A stretch of 64,000 nt of DNA from Octopus vulgaris (Eukaryota), in assembly GCA_951406725.2 (NCBI GenBank), contig OX597819.1, forward strand, positions 79,484,001 to 79,548,000. The letters run 5' to 3'. The position numbers and the translations under genes are program-made. The notes beneath the pieces were generated by a model. It was given only the letters and a program-made list of their open reading frames with translations. It had not been told where the DNA came from and searched no databases. Numbering within the stretch: position 1 is the first letter of the stretch; each line of letters starts with the position of its first letter. This document shows, in pieces, positions 37,798-52,885 of the stretch.

Positions 37798-38489
37798 TGT
37801 TATTTGTTTCTGTTGCTGTTATTTAGTCGATACATCAATGCTGGTAGAACAGTCCTTCCTGTGTATTTAGTGGTTACATAGAATTATTTTATCCAGGTGT
37901 CTTCATGTGTTTAAAGGTTGTGGGATTGTATTTAAAGATCAGTATTAGTTGTATTAAGCTGGTGTCTATCTAGGTTAAAACTCATTATTCCAAATACTTC
38001 AGACTCTACAGTTACGTGGTTGCTTATGTATTTGCCTCAGCCGTTCTTTTAACTGAGCGATTTTAAGAAAGATTTCTCTCGATTACTTTTTGCTTGTCTC
38101 TCAATGGAAAGGGAAATATAGGATCGATCCGACAAGAGAAAGTAGAGAAAGTAAGAAGAATACACATAATTTGGTCTTTTACTGGTTTCAGTCTTTTTGA
38201 CTGCAGCTATGCCGGAACATATTCTTAAAGGATTTTTTTTTTGTCGAAGAAACCGACCCCAGGACTTATTCCTTGTAAGCCTAGTACTTATTCTATCGAT
38301 CTCTTTTGCCGAAGCCTCAAGTTACGCAAAAACACCAACATCGGTTGTCAGACGATGGTGGGAGGGACAAAGACACGCACACACATATAAACGCACACAC
38401 TCACATACACACACCACATACACAAACACACACACAACCACACACACAAATATATATATATATATTTATAAATATATATATTCAAAATG

Positions 38490-38692
38490 TGATCGCCTGT
38501 GTATCGTTGGCGATTTTTTTTCCTCCGTCTTCCCTTCCTTGGATCTTTCATTTTCCTATGTTTCTGACGAAGAGCTCAGCTCGAAACGTTAAATCCTCCT
38601 TCTTTATTTCTTTTCCTGAGCGTCCAATAACACTATACTTCTTCCACGTCCTCGCGTTGTTGTGTTTTCTCTTTGAGTTTTCATGTTTGGAT

Positions 38693-38698
<6 letters not shown>
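38490..38698 (+). mobile_element. Non-autonomous PLE terminus with canonical-core HHR (38560-38594)
   Basis: gttt-CTGACGA-a-gagc tca gctc-GAAA-cg-TT-aaat; ends ggattaac + (TA)n. Same family as 23406-23595. Confidence 0.82.
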
Positions 38699-38743
<45 letters not shown>

Positions 38744-38884
38744 ATATGTGACAATTATTAGACATCCGAAACTCGGAATTTAATCATGGCTACCGAATAA
38801 TTGTCACATATATTTACAGATAGATTCCTCTATTCACATAATATCGAGGTCTCTTTCATTCTTTTGTTGTCTTACCATTTCTAT

Positions 38885-38940
<56 letters not shown>

Positions 38941-41900
38941 TTGTTAAGCATCATTACACTTCATGGGAATTTATAATTCATAGCTATTTAATGCTATTGC
39001 GCCTGTGATCCTCCTATGTCACTGCTGGTGATATCATCAATTTTAAAATTTATCCACAGATGATATGAGCAATAGTCACATCTGATTTTAAATCTCAGTG
39101 TTTGAATGTTTTACTTATATAGGATGCAATAAAAGAAGGGGTGCGGAGGAGAAAGTATAACAAGTGGTGCTGCATTTGTCGATAACACCAGCCCCGCCTA
39201 TCAATCGAGAAGAAATGCTTAGAATTGGAGCATTTGAATAATTTTAAAGACATTGTTAGAAGAGACTTTCTAACCGATGTATTAACACAGAAAATACTCA
39301 ACCAATGTATTAGCACCAAAAATGGCGCTCGACTATTGCTACAATCATGAAATGTAAAAGTTGCTTAGTAAAATTTAAGTCAGGATTTCTTACCCCCCGG
39401 AGAAAAAGCTGTGCGAATGGGCCTTATACGCGCGATGTTGCACCAAAAGCTACAATTAGGTATTTGATAGTTCATGATGACTATGTGGTTATCATTCAGT
39501 TCTTAATACGTATGCATGGTTCTCTAGCAGCTTTTGCCTAACTGTCTGGGGACAGAGTTTGACTAGAGGCAGGTGGAGTTTGAGATTTTTCTTGACTGTC
39601 AATAGATGAGATAGAAGTTGCGTGTTGCGCGTAAAACCGATAAGCACATCTGAGATACTTCTACAGTGAGTAAATATATGAGAAGCCAAATTTTTGTCTG
39701 TCTCTTTCTTAGTATATATCTATGGTAAGATTAAGAACCGAGGGAACATTCTCACCCATTTTCGCTTATTAATCTTCTCCGTTCATATTTCCTGTTGAAA
39801 TAGTATCTTTCAATGTCTGTTGCTGGTAAAAAAAAAATTACTGTACATTGTCAGTAATTTCCCTGTTTTCTACCTACCTTTTCAAGACCTTGTTTTGTCC
39901 ATTTGCTTATTCCAGCGTTTCGTCTGATGATGGATGCTGCTCTTGAGCTTGTGTAGTGACGATATTTATTGATATTTATGGTACTGTGTTTGGACATTAA
40001 TATCTTTCTTACTCATCGGAAATATTCTTTCCCGAATACGCCTTTCGTTGTTGTATCTTTTATACCATCAGTTTCCAAAACACCAAGATATTTATATCAA
40101 ATATTTATATCAACCATCAGTATCAAACTCAAATATCTTTTCGTTCGATAGATTTATTCCGTCATTTTATGTTATCTCACTTTGTCCATTACAAGGATTC
40201 CGCACTTCGACTGTGACGCTACTGCTAAACATATTTACCCTATTTACAAAAACTATCCAATTCTCTTTTAGTCTTCCTGTATCAATTTTAGTCATCCTTG
40301 AATAATATTCTTATTGTTGTTGTTCTTTTTGTTGCTTCGCCTTATCTCCTCTGCCTCTTCACCATCATCCTCATTAGCATAATTTATATTAATAATACTT
40401 TAAAATGATATCACAAAAGAAAACCGGAAAGAAATTTTTAAAAAAGAGCTGTTTTTAATGGCGACTATGAATCTGCAAATATCAAAAATCCAATTGCTTA
40501 CATAGAAACATTCATACATAAAAACACACACACATACACACACATGTATATATGTATGTGTGTGTGTGTATAAGTGTGAATAAGTGTCTATGTCTATGTT
40601 TGTGTGTAAGTAGGTATGCATACATATATACATATATACATACATACACACAATGTATATGCATATACATATGTATTTATGCATAAATGTACATGGAGAA
40701 AAAGGTAGAGAGAGAGAAGCATAGAAACATATATAAAGACAGATTTTCTGTATATTAGATGTTTTCCCCTTCCTTACTCAATTAGAGCGGCGAATACAAT
40801 GGCAATTTATAAGAGTACAAGACGTGTGTGCCTTTAAAGCTTCGTTTCCGGTTCAAATTTTGATCCAACAAGTTTGGTTATTCGTTACCAACTAACATAA
40901 CAAAAACACTTTTTCAAATCATACTATGTGTAGCAAGTTATGAATATAATCATACATACTGGATTTTATATTCAATAAATTTGAAATAATTCGTAGGTTA
41001 AGAAAGAAATATACAAGATACATAGGAATGGAAATGTAACAGAGTCCTTGTTTCATGTAAACCTTAGATATATATAACTCACATGCTCAGACACACATAC
41101 GTTGAGATAGATATGTTTATTTAATGTATGTACTGCACCAATTTATATATGTATTCACAAATCTTTGTCAGTGTGCCTGTGTGTCTGTCAGTGTGTCTGT
41201 CTGTTTATCTATCTGTCTGTTTGTCTTTCTGTCTGTCTCTCTGCCCGTCTCTCTCATCTCTCTCTCACTCTCTGTCTGTCTGTTTGTCTGTGGTTGTCTG
41301 TCTATCAGTCTATATTTCTCTCTCACCCCTTTCTGTCTCTCTCCTTTCTCCCTCTCTCCCTCTCTCTCTATGTATGTGTATATATATATTAGGCACATGC
41401 ACACACACACGCACACCCACCAACACACACATGCACACGCATATATATAGATATATGTTGTCATATGTATACATACACACATATATGCATATACGTTTGT
41501 AAGGATATGTGCACGTCTGTAACATATTCATTATGCCCGTGTGTCTCTAGTTCTATATGTGTGTGCATATGTCTGTGTCTTTGTGTGTGTGCGTGTGTGT
41601 GTGTGTGTGTGTGTGCGTGTGGGTGTGTATGTGTGAAAGGGTTGGGGATATATCTACGTGTGCTAATGTCTGTTTTCGTATTGACAATTCAACTAAGCAC
41701 ACATAGAAACAAAGGAATAAACCAAAACAAACTAACAAAGAAAAAAATATGACTAAAAAGCAGAACACAATAAAAAGTCAAAAACCTAACGATAAAACAC
41801 AATTTGAAAACAGACATCTTTCTATATTTTCAAAACTGAAAAACTATGTAGTTTATTTCGCAAGAAACAATCATTCTTTCAACTAGTATTGTGATTTAAA

Positions 41901-42114
41901 TGTTCAAATATCATTTTCCAGTGGAATAGTTGGTTCTTTGTTTTTTGAAGAAACTGATAGATAATCTGCAGACGACAGAGAGAAAGTGTCAGAGAAAAAG
42001 AAGTGAGAAAAGAACGGAAAAGGTTTTAAAACTCATAAATAACATGAAAATAAGTAAATATATGAGTGAATGTGTATGTATATATGTACGTATGTATTTA
42101 TGCATGTATATATA

Positions 42115-42180
<66 letters not shown>

Positions 42181-42238
42181 TATTTTTTATATATACATAC
42201 ATATACCTGTGCAATTATATTGCATATATATGATATAC

Positions 42239-42360
<122 letters not shown>

Positions 42361-42414
42361 TGGTATGTGTTTTAAAAAATAACGAATACATTTAGAATGC
42401 AATAAATATATAAA

Positions 42415-42544
42415 ACTACTACTACCACTACTATTACCGCTACTGCTATCAATGCTGCAGCTGCTGCAGCAGCTACTGCTCATGATAATGATAATGATAA
42501 TGATGTTGTTATTGTTGTTGTTGGTGATGATGATGATGATGATC

Positions 42545-42576
<32 letters not shown>

Positions 42577-42609
42577 AACAACAACAAAAGCAATAATAAT
42601 AAAAATAAC

Positions 42610-42660
<51 letters not shown>
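42415..42660. repeat. Compound trinucleotide microsatellite
   Basis: (cta)(ctg)(gat)(gtt)(caa)(taa) runs. Confidence 0.9.
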
Positions 42661-44345
42661 GTAAATAAATGTTTTAAAGAAAGGAAAAACACATAAAACA
42701 AACTTTTTTTAAACGAAAATGAAATCGGTCATTGAAAGTGATTCCATTTGGTTTGTCGTGTTTACTACAAATCACTGGCCAACTTTCAAAGAATGAAGAT
42801 TGAATGAGACAAAGAATGAGTGAAGGAGAGAGAGAGAGGAAAGAGAAAGAGAAAGAGAGAGAGAGAAAGAGAGAGGAAAGAGAAAGAGAAAGAGAGAGAG
42901 AGAGAGCAAAGAGAAAGAGAGAGATATAACGAGTTATATATATATATATATTTATACACTACTGTATGTATGTATATGTTTGTATGTATGTGTGTATGAG
43001 TATGTGTATATGTATGTATTTATGGACATGAATCGATAGAGAGATAGACTTACATATAGATAACTAGATGGGAAGAGACAAGTTCATAGGTAAATAGATG
43101 GGTAGATTTGTTTGAAAGATATATGTGCGTGCATGCATTAGTGCGTGCATGCGTGTTCGCAAAAGTACATGTATAACAAAGTGGATAGATAAATGGAAAA
43201 ATAGAGATCGAATGTTAGGTTGATAGACGACATGTCGATTAAGAACACTCAACTTCATGGATAACAAGCTTAACACACACACTTACAGACATATACACAA
43301 AAACGCATAAACGTACACAAACACACACTTATATATATGTATGCACATACCAATATAAATATGTACACACAGGCGTATATAAATACGTATACATACATAC
43401 GTACACACATACGTACATACATGTATACATACATACAAATATTTATACACACGCATAATATGGTTGACTGGATTGACAGACGTAATCTATTGATAGATAG
43501 TTACATCGATGAGTATACTGTATGTAAAGAGAAAATGAGGAATAAAGGAATGACTATATATGAAAAATGAAACGAATCTATCGCTAACGATACGCCAAGA
43601 AAGAACTATTTCCTTCATTTCTTTGTTATTTCTTCCTATCACCCTTTCGCTGTATTTTAAACTGCAAATAAAATAAAATAAAATTATATACATATATATC
43701 ACTCTTTTAAAATCGCTCTTCGTTTCATTTGTTATTTGCTATCAATCTTCCTTTATTTCAGTCCTTCTCTCTTCATTTTAATATTACTTCACATTTTTAT
43801 TGAGAGAGATGACCATAGAAAATACTAGCTCTTGTAGTCTATCGAAATCACAGTGTGTCGTCTGCTCACTGATTTTTCGCGCCTGTCGCCATTATTCTAG
43901 CTAAATGACAGCCCGAATTTTACATTATCTTCACTCTCTTCTTCCCTCCCTCGTCCTGGCTCTCTTACTTTCGGTCTTTCGTCCTTCCTTTCCTTTCTAC
44001 ATATATTATCTTCTGCTCTTCTTTCATTTTCCTTCATTTACATTCTTTCTTGAGATTGTTATTGTTTCTTCTAATTTATCTTTTGCCAGCCATTTTCGGT
44101 TTAATTATATTTGTTTCAAATTTTTTTAAAAAATATTTTTCTAGAAAAGTAATATTTATCTAAATATGGAGTTAAGACTTAAGTGGGAAATTCACTGGAA
44201 AATAAGCTTTTTCAGCGATGAAACGCATGTGATAAAGTGTGTGTGCGTGTGTACATGCGTGTGTGTGTCTGTGTATGCACACAGCTAAATTGGTGTATAT
44301 ATATATCCATCAATGTATTATGTATACATATATGTATATGCATGT

Positions 44346-44394
<49 letters not shown>

Positions 44395-44420
44395 TTTATG
44401 TAGTTGTGCTCATTTGTGCA

Positions 44421-44460
<40 letters not shown>

Positions 44461-44538
44461 AATATATACTTACGTGCATACGTATGTTTTTATAGGTACA
44501 TACATATATATCTATATGTGTCTATACATATATCTATA

Positions 44539-44580
<42 letters not shown>

Positions 44581-44688
44581 AACACAAATATACATTTATA
44601 TGTGTATATATGCTCCAACTCACAGTTCGTCCATCTATCTACTTATCAGTCTACATTTATTTATATATACATATAACGACACATATAG

Positions 44689-44754
<66 letters not shown>

Positions 44755-45188
44755 AAAAATATATATACATATATGTGCGTACGTGCGTATGCGTGCGTGA
44801 GCGCTTGCGTATGAATAAATAACTTTTGTCAAAAGCTTATACGTCATATTTAAAACCAGGATGATGATATTTTTGCAAAATTAAGAAAAATGATCTATTT
44901 GAATATTAGAGTGTTGAATGTAGGCAACACGAAGCACCATGCCGTTCCTCTATATGGGTGTGTGGTTGTCAAAGATGCTTAACACAAATAGATTTTTCTC
45001 AATTATCCGTCTTTGTGCTAAGAGGACTCCCACCCAGCCTTCTCCCAACCATAAATGATATATGCATTTTATTCATGTTTTGTGTGCGCATATAATAAAA
45101 TGTAATGCACACACGCTAAAACACACATACAGAGTGAATTCACACACATATATATATGTATATGTATATGTATATGTATATATATATG

Positions 45189-45241
<53 letters not shown>

Positions 45242-45462
45242 TCATACATATATATATACACATACATATATTTAGGTTTATGCGTATATATATATAAATA
45301 CGTCCATATATCTATGTCTATTTCTTTGTATACTATGTGTGTTTATATATATAATATATATATATACGTATACATATATATATGTATGTATATATATATG
45401 TATGTATGTGTATATAAGAATATGAGAATATATATATATATATATGTATATGTATATATGTG

Positions 45463-45496
<34 letters not shown>

Positions 45497-46125
45497 TGTA
45501 TGTATGTATGTATGTATGTATGTATGTATGTATGCATATATAAGAATATGAAAGAAGTTTAGCTTGTGTGCATATGTATGTATAAATGTATAATTCATTT
45601 GCTCGTTTGATAATCGTTGATTGCCGCCGTCGTTACACTACATTTTAGGTCGTCATTGCCATCATCGTCATCGCCGTTGTCATCATCATCATCATCATCT
45701 TCATCATCATCATCATCATCATCATCATTGTCGTTGTCGTTATCATCTCCAGCATCACATCATCGCCCCAGTGGATACATATATGTATGTATGTGTATAT
45801 GATAGTTAAAGGCATATATATATACCTAGCTACACGAAGAGAAACCATACAGGGTCATAAACGCATGTGGATACGCACACACACACACACACACACACAC
45901 CCTCCGTACTTCTGGTGTGGCCCAGAATTATGTGGCAGTGTTAGTGTTGACACAAACGAAATGGGGTGCGAGGTAAATACCCTGGACCACCCTGGAAATT
46001 AAATTCGAAGACAGGAGTCGCAGAGCAGAAAACTAAGACGAGTCTGAGAAACAAATGGATGTATTACTAGAATATCAAAGTTATTCAACATATTGCAAGC
46101 AAAAAATCTATTATTTTGAATAATA

Positions 46126-46532
46126 GGCGCAGGAGTGGCTGTGTGGTAAGTAGCTTGTTTACCAACCACATGGTTCCGGGTTCAGTTCCACTGCGTGGCA
46201 CCTTGGGCAAGTGTCTTCTACTATAGCCTCGGGCCGACCAAAGCCTTGTGAGTGGATTTGGTTGACGGAAACTGAAAGTAGCCCGTCGTATATATGTATA
46301 TATATATGCGTGTGTGTGTTTGTGTGTCTCTGTTTGTCCCCCTAGCATTGCTTGACAACCGATGCTGGTGTGTTTATGTCCCCGTTACTTAGCGGTTCGG
46401 CAAAAGAGACCGATAGAATAAGTACTGGGCTTACAAAAGAATAAGTCCCAGGGTCGAGTTGCTCGACTAAAGGCGGTGCTCCAGCATGGCCGCAGTCAAA
46501 TGACTGAAACAAGTAAAAGAGTAAAAGAGTAA
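46126..46532 (+). mobile_element. Full-length tRNA-derived SINE family A
   Basis: A box tggctgtgtggtaag, B box-like ggttcagttcc, core gcaccttgggcaagtgtctt, internal (TA/TG)n, LINE-like tail ggcggtgctccagcatggccgcag…(gtaaaaga)n. Confidence 0.9.
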
Positions 46533-46699
46533 GAGCAATGTGAGAATAAAGCAGTATAGTTGAGAAAAATGTGCAGCGTGAAAGACAACCGAATAAAATA
46601 ACCTATGGTGAAGTATGATGTGGAAAATTGTGCCAGTGAGATTTAGATATCTTATGTGTGCAATATTCAATGTGTTTCTATTACTGCCCAGCGTTAGCT

Positions 46700-47880
46700 G
46701 ATGGGCCTGGAGTGATTCCGTTAATTATGCATAGTTGAAGAGACTATGCGTTGTTGGATTATGTTTTGACTACATGCAAGTCTTTCCTAGTAGGAAAATC
46801 AAATTTTGAAAACCATTGCTACTGCACTAAAGAAATAATGTGGCATTTTCAGTGCAATGAGATCCAGCACCGTGTAATGCTGTTGTTTTCTTAAAGAAGA
46901 GGAAGGAGAAGGCTAAAAAGTATAAAGAAATGAAAGATGAATTTCAGATTTTTTTAAAGGCGATTGGTTAATGACTGAAGTGCATAGCTAGATGTAAAGC
47001 AAGCGCTCGTCTTCTCAAAATATTATTGCATTAATTAAATAATGACAGAGCCTTTTTGTACGATATATATTTGACAAAAAAAAATATGTCGTTGAATTGA
47101 TTTTGTCATGGAGAGGTGAAAAAGAGTGTGTGCATTAAAAAATGAACTTCAGAAATAGTATTTTACAGTAATTTGGATCGTATTCAGTAAGATCAAATAG
47201 AAAAAAAAACTCTAGATAAAATGGTTGTTAGAGAGATTCCTTTAAATTTTTCACAATCTCTTAGATCAATTTTCATTGAGTTTCATAAACGTTCTTTGGT
47301 TCCATCCACTTGGTATGGTCTCTCTCTCAGTTTCCTTTACAATGATAATAATTATTTCAATATCCAGTTCTTCTTGTGATTCAGATATAAAGAAAGCATA
47401 AATCTAGTTACAAACTTTATTCATGCACTCTTCAATTGCTCTCCTCATCATTCCTTTGCAAGATCTGATATTACGAATTTGTTTCTTGTCAACACTGGTG
47501 ATTTTTTAATACAATACGCGCCTAACAAAGTCATGGCCTACATCTGAATGAAATATGCTTTGTCTGCTTCAACGTCTTTGATTCTACATACTCTCTTCAC
47601 CTAACTATTGCGGCTCTACTATTTAGCTATTTTGTATTTTTGTGTGTTTTTTGTCTCTTTCATTTCTCTTACCATTTATTTCATTTTGTCTTTGTCATTT
47701 CGTAAAAGTACCCATAGTCCCTCAATGAGCCACTTCTTCTGATTTTCTATCTTTTCTTTTCTCCGGGCAACAATGAACTTTACTTGATACGGTTGTTTTA
47801 TTTCCACATATTTTCCTTACCGTCTTCCAGCATCACATCTGGAACTTCTTGAGCTGTGTCTAATACTGCAAATATATTGC
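46700..47880 (-). mobile_element. Highly decayed LINE ORF2 remnant (RTE-like?)
   Basis: Purine-rich minus strand with Lys/Arg-rich fragments typical of the EN-RT linker. No intact motif. Confidence 0.3.
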
Positions 47881-48607
47881 AATAATGGAGCGTGAATTTT
47901 TTATAATCTGAGCATTAAGCCATTTTATTTATTTATTTCTTGCATGGAGAATAAAATAATTGCTTTTCAGTTTTGCTTTCAACTTCCGGTGGAAACTGGT
48001 CATAATTATTTGATAAACGCCTCCGCCGTTTGCTCTCCAATAAGTCCAAACGTTTTGAATGTATTTTATATTTGTTTACAGGTCAAAACATGACCTATTT
48101 GATTCCTACATTTGCTATCAAGTGATATTCAGGTTTAAGTGAGTATATTTTTGTATTGGAATACAGTTCCTGGAGCAACAAAGTTATTCACCCACCAGAA
48201 GTATATCAGACGCATTCCGTTCTTATTTTCATTCAGACAATGTTTCATTGTCATGTCTTTCATGCCATGATTATTCGTTCTTACGTGCGCATTGATGCCA
48301 CCCACCCATCCACCAACATCCTTACACCTCTATCAGGAATATCAAAAACAATATACTTTAACTGTGTTTCATCAAAAGTATTATTTGTTGACTCATATAG
48401 TAAAATCGATATCACATCGAAGAAAATGGGTAGCGGCATTTCTTCCCACTTTACGTTCTAAGTTCAAATACTACTGAGGTTATCTTTGCCTATCCTCCTT
48501 TCGGGGGTCGATGAAATAATACCCGTCAAGAACTGGAAATGATGTAATAGACTTGCACTCTCACTACAAAATTTCAAGCCTTGCGCCTATAATAGAAAGG
48601 ACTATTA

Positions 48608-49905
48608 TTGGGAAGCTATCCTTCAAAGGTCGGGCAGAGGTGGCTAACGCGTATATCGCGTCCGTCATCTACTATCGCCTGACCGTCATCCCTTGTCTGA
48701 TTATGCTGGAACGTTTCATGTGAAAGGGACGCGTCTCGAAGGTCAGGCGGCCTATCTGCTGTCAGCACCCGCTGCATGGTGACCTGAGCATGCCGTGGTT
48801 GGTGAGGCGCAGATATGCACTGAAGCTACATCTCCAGTGCTTCCTTGATGGTGAACAAGCGTGGTCGCCGTTCGCCAGAGGTATTTCCGCAGCTAATTTC
48901 TTTAACAGGGCTGCAGTCTTCGGTAAAACAGAGACCGAGAGGGAGCATTTGGAAAGTGGAATGTCTTCAAGCGCTCACAGCCCTCCGCCAATCGGACAGT
49001 GCGAAGGGTGGAACGTCGACTTTAGCTTTTTTATAGAGGATTGGTGGAGTAAAATTGCTACGACGTTCTAGGGTCGTCGAAGAAGATCAGTTAGTCGCTC
49101 TTTCCCGGAGAACTTTCGGGCTCGACCGATGGGTAATTTCCAAAAATTTCTGTCCTAGCAATGCTACCGGGGAACTTTACCTGTTCGAGATAAACTTTAC
49201 AGGCACGAGAGTGCCGTCAGCCAAGCATGTCCGAGATGCGCGCAGGACGACGAGATGGTTCTGCATGCACTCTTCCAGTGCCCGAGCATTGCTGTCATGT
49301 GGGCTTTTGTCGAACACCTACTGTGGCGTGTGGGATAGATCCAGCTGTCAACTGAATCCATAGTGAAGAGCGCCCAGCCGCCTTCTTTTAACCAAGAGGA
49401 GAAGGTTGTTTTTATATGCTTGGTGTCCATGGTGAAAGAGGTTGTATGGTGGACGAGATTGAAGGGGCTGTAGACAAACACTCTTCTCTTTGGCCAATCC
49501 TTGAGGAACTGTTTCCAGTTTCACTTGAAAAGGAAAATAAGAGTAGAGATGGAAGTGTCTTCTAGCCAGTTTTCTGAAAATTGGCTGAAAGTGGCGAGAA
49601 TGATGCGAACGAGCGAACGGGCCTACGCTGAGCATACGCCTGCAGTTCGAAAAAGGAAAAACGGCACCTGCCCCCCCAAATCAGGGTACCCATTGTTTTT
49701 TATGGGGGTTTTCCGTGAGTAGCTCCCGAACGTCTCTTTATTGAGGATTACACAAGCTAATTTCTTTTTTTTTTAATGTTTTAATTTTGTTAGTCTTGTT
49801 TACACGCAAAATCCTCACAACAACACACACTCATACACATATTTGTTTTTGTTCTGTGCTGTCTATAATGTTTTTCTTAATGTAAACCCTTGGGTTTAAT
49901 AAGGA
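48608..49905 (+). mobile_element. L1/Tx1-clade LINE, ORF2 3' part + 3' UTR (decayed)
   Basis: KLSFKGRAEVANAYIASVIYYRLTVIPC, G(D)LSMPWL, and the zinc motif CPRCAQDDEMVLHALFQCP…WAFVE. GC-rich with frameshifts. Confidence 0.8.
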
Positions 49906-49934
49906 AATCATTATTATTATTATCACTATTATTA

Positions 49935-51822
49935 TCTTTTTTTTTCTTCTTCTTTCAAATTTGCTTTCATTTCTTGTCGAGTGTCTTCCCGACTCCTAGG
50001 GCAAAGAAACTCATAGTATACATTGGTAGGCCATTAAACTAAACTCACTAGTTCGATTATTAAAAAATTTTTTTTTTAAAGTTGAATTAATATACATGGG
50101 TAGTAATAGTTCTCACATCGACAATGCTCTTCTCAATATTTTGTACTTCTTGCGGAGATAGTAAGCCAGGGATCATTCTCATATAATTTTTGGTTCCCTT
50201 CTTGATCATTCCTAGTGCTCCTACGATCACTGGTATTGTAACCGCCTTGAGATGCCACATTTTCTCAATTTCAATGAGCAGGTCTTTATATTTTCTGAGC
50301 TTGTCAAACTCTTTCGCCGAGATATTATGATCACAGGGGATGCTCATGTCGATCATAAGCAAACTTTATTTTTTTGGTCTTTCACAACAATATCTGGTTT
50401 ATTGGCGTTGATGGTTCGGTCTGTATGTACTGGAAAGTCCCACAGAATCGTTACATTTTCTCCTTCAGTTACAGCTTCAGTCGGCAGTTTTGATATTGTA
50501 ATGCCGACTTATTAGCCAGTGTAGATATTGTCCAACTCTGTCATGTCTTAATTTATACTCCACTGGTGCTAAGACTTTACATCCTGAGATTAGGTGGTCC
50601 ACTGTTTCAATCATGTCGTTGCAGAATCGGCATTTTGGGTCTTCTCCATTTTTCATCACATTGGCCAGGTAGTTCCGGGTTAATAGGCTTTGATCTTGAG
50701 CAGCCAGGATGAAACCTTCGCTCTCTGCTTTTAGCCCTGAGCTCCGTAGCCACTGGTGGGTTTGCTTCTGGTGAACATCAGCTTGTTTGCTACGGGCCAC
50801 ATGTTTGCCGTGCAGAGGTTTCTCCTCCCATCTATCAGCCACTTGCTCGAGCGCTTTTTTCGTTGCCATTATTTTCACCTTCTTTGCAACAATAGTTGCC
50901 GTACTTCCCTCGGGTTGTTCAGTTTGGGTATCCTGCACGAGATCAATAGCAATTTTTTTGCTTTCCTTTATGATAGAATGAAGCTTCTTTCGTCTCTCGT
51001 GATTTCCCACGAGCTTAAGCATCCAGTCATTCGTTATTTCAAGATATTTGGCCAGTCCAATTGTGGTTGTTTTGTAAGCTAGTTCAAATTGGATCAGGCC
51101 TCGACTCCTTGTGCTCTGGAGAGGTAAAGGCGATCTAGGTGCATCCTATTACAACTCAGCAGCTTGCGTATTTTCCTATCTATATTCTTTACTTCACTCA
51201 TATTCCAGTTCAACACATTGTAGCTATAAGTAACAACTGGAACTGCTAAGGAATTTATAGCTAACACCTTGTTACGTGCATTTAGTTCAGATTTCAGGAC
51301 TGCACGAACTCTCCTATAACATTCCTTCCTGATCTTCTCTTTCATGCTTGCATGCTGAATGCCAGAGCCTTCATTTATCCCTAAATATTTGTATGTTTGT
51401 TCTTGCTCAAGCTCTCTTATGACTGTGTCAACATCTAACACGACTGAATTTGTGGTCTTCACTTTCCCTTTCTGGAAAGTGGCCTTGGCACTCTTCTCAA
51501 GCCCAAACTCCATCCCGAGGCCATCGCTGAATGCTTTCACAGTGCGCAATATGCCTTCAAGTTCATTATCGTCTTTACCATAGAGTTTTAGGTCATCCAT
51601 ATAAAATAGATGGCTTATTTTTTTATTGGCAATTTTATACCCATACCCTGTTCTGTTTAATTCACTTGTAAGGGGTATTAGGGCTATGCAGAATATTAGA
51701 GGTGAAAGTGAGTCATCTTGAAAAATTCCACAAGGCAAGTACTCCATTAGAGTGGTATAGTTGGAGATTCGTATTCCACAACGACATATTGTGCTTCAGG
51801 AAGCTTGAAATCACAGGGGAAA

Positions 51823-51823
<1 letters not shown>
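49935..51823 (-). mobile_element. R4/Dong-clade RLE non-LTR retrotransposon, 5'-truncated, in (TAA)n
   Basis: GIFQ(D)DSLSPLIF, SHLFYMDDLKLY, YKYLGI, AAQDQSL, CRFC…ETVDHLISGC…RHD, PDIV…IDMSIP…KLRKYKDL, PVIVGALG. (TAA)n at both ends. Confidence 0.9.
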
Positions 51824-51824
<1 letters not shown>

Positions 51825-51867
<43 letters not shown>

Positions 51868-51938
51868 TATTATTATTACTATTACTATTATTATTATTAT
51901 TATTATTATTATCATTATTATTATTATTATTATTAATA

Positions 51939-52011
<73 letters not shown>
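51825..52011. repeat. (TAA)n microsatellite
   Basis: Direct tandem repeat. Confidence 0.95.
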
Positions 52012-52014
<3 letters not shown>

Positions 52015-52327
52015 TATGCACTCAAGAGATTAGACTGCTGGAAAAGAAAAGGATCCTAAAAACGGGCTACAAGTTGCCTCAAGATGCCAAGAACCCTCCT
52101 ATCGGGTTACAGCAGGTAACCTTAGATGCCAAGAAGCTACCTAAGTATCCTAGCTTTCCCTAATAACACTGTTTTCTGAAGCTGTACTAAACTAGTTTTT
52201 ATGCTTATTTTCTCTATCCATCTGTTCAAATCTTTAGGGGATAGTTTCCAATGCACCTATAACTACTGGGATATATCTTATCTGCACTTTCCATAGTGTC
52301 TGTAATCCAATAGCTAAGTCCTGGTAT
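52012..52327 (-). mobile_element. Second R4/Dong-type 3' fragment (different family)
   Basis: YQDLAIGLQTLWKVQIRYIPVVIGALETIP…LQKTVLLGKARILR; the 3' end abuts (TAA)n. Confidence 0.75.
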
Positions 52328-52885
52328 TAAGATAGTGAACCGACAGAATAGTTGGCGCGTCGGACAAAATGCTAAGCAGGATTACCTCCGGCTCCTTATA
52401 TTCTGAGTTCAAATCCCGACGAGATAAACTTTTATCCGTTCGGGTTCGATAAAATCAAATATCAATCAGGTATTGAGATCAATATAATCACCTTACCCAA
52501 TCCCATCAGAATTGCTGGTCTTGTGTCAAAATGAGAGCAGATTATTTGTTGACGCATAGTACATCATTACACTTACATTTGATTCCAATTGAATTAATCT
52601 TTATCACCAATATTCTTCCACTTCTCTTTGGTTGCTATCATAGTAATACTTTTCTTGCAACTTTTCCTAAAAAAAAATTAATACCCACTCTTTTAAAATC
52701 ATTGTTTCTCCCAGAATTCACCTATATTTCCATTAGATGGAAATACTGTTAATTTCCAACCCACTTTCTCTGAAACCTTTTATATTCCCAAAATTATATT
52801 TTCAGTAAGTTCAAGTTTATTATAACCCGTTATTGACTTCGTGTTCCATGCCACTATTCTGGAAGTTATATATATATATATATAT

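Noticed and set aside
38945-39330. Possible Helitron helicase and mariner fragments
   Set aside because: Only vague 4-5 residue resemblances; too decayed to call.
39912-39945. cgtttcgt-CTGATGA string
   Set aside because: The GAAAC and CUGAUGA words are on opposite strands, so no consistent hammerhead fold exists.
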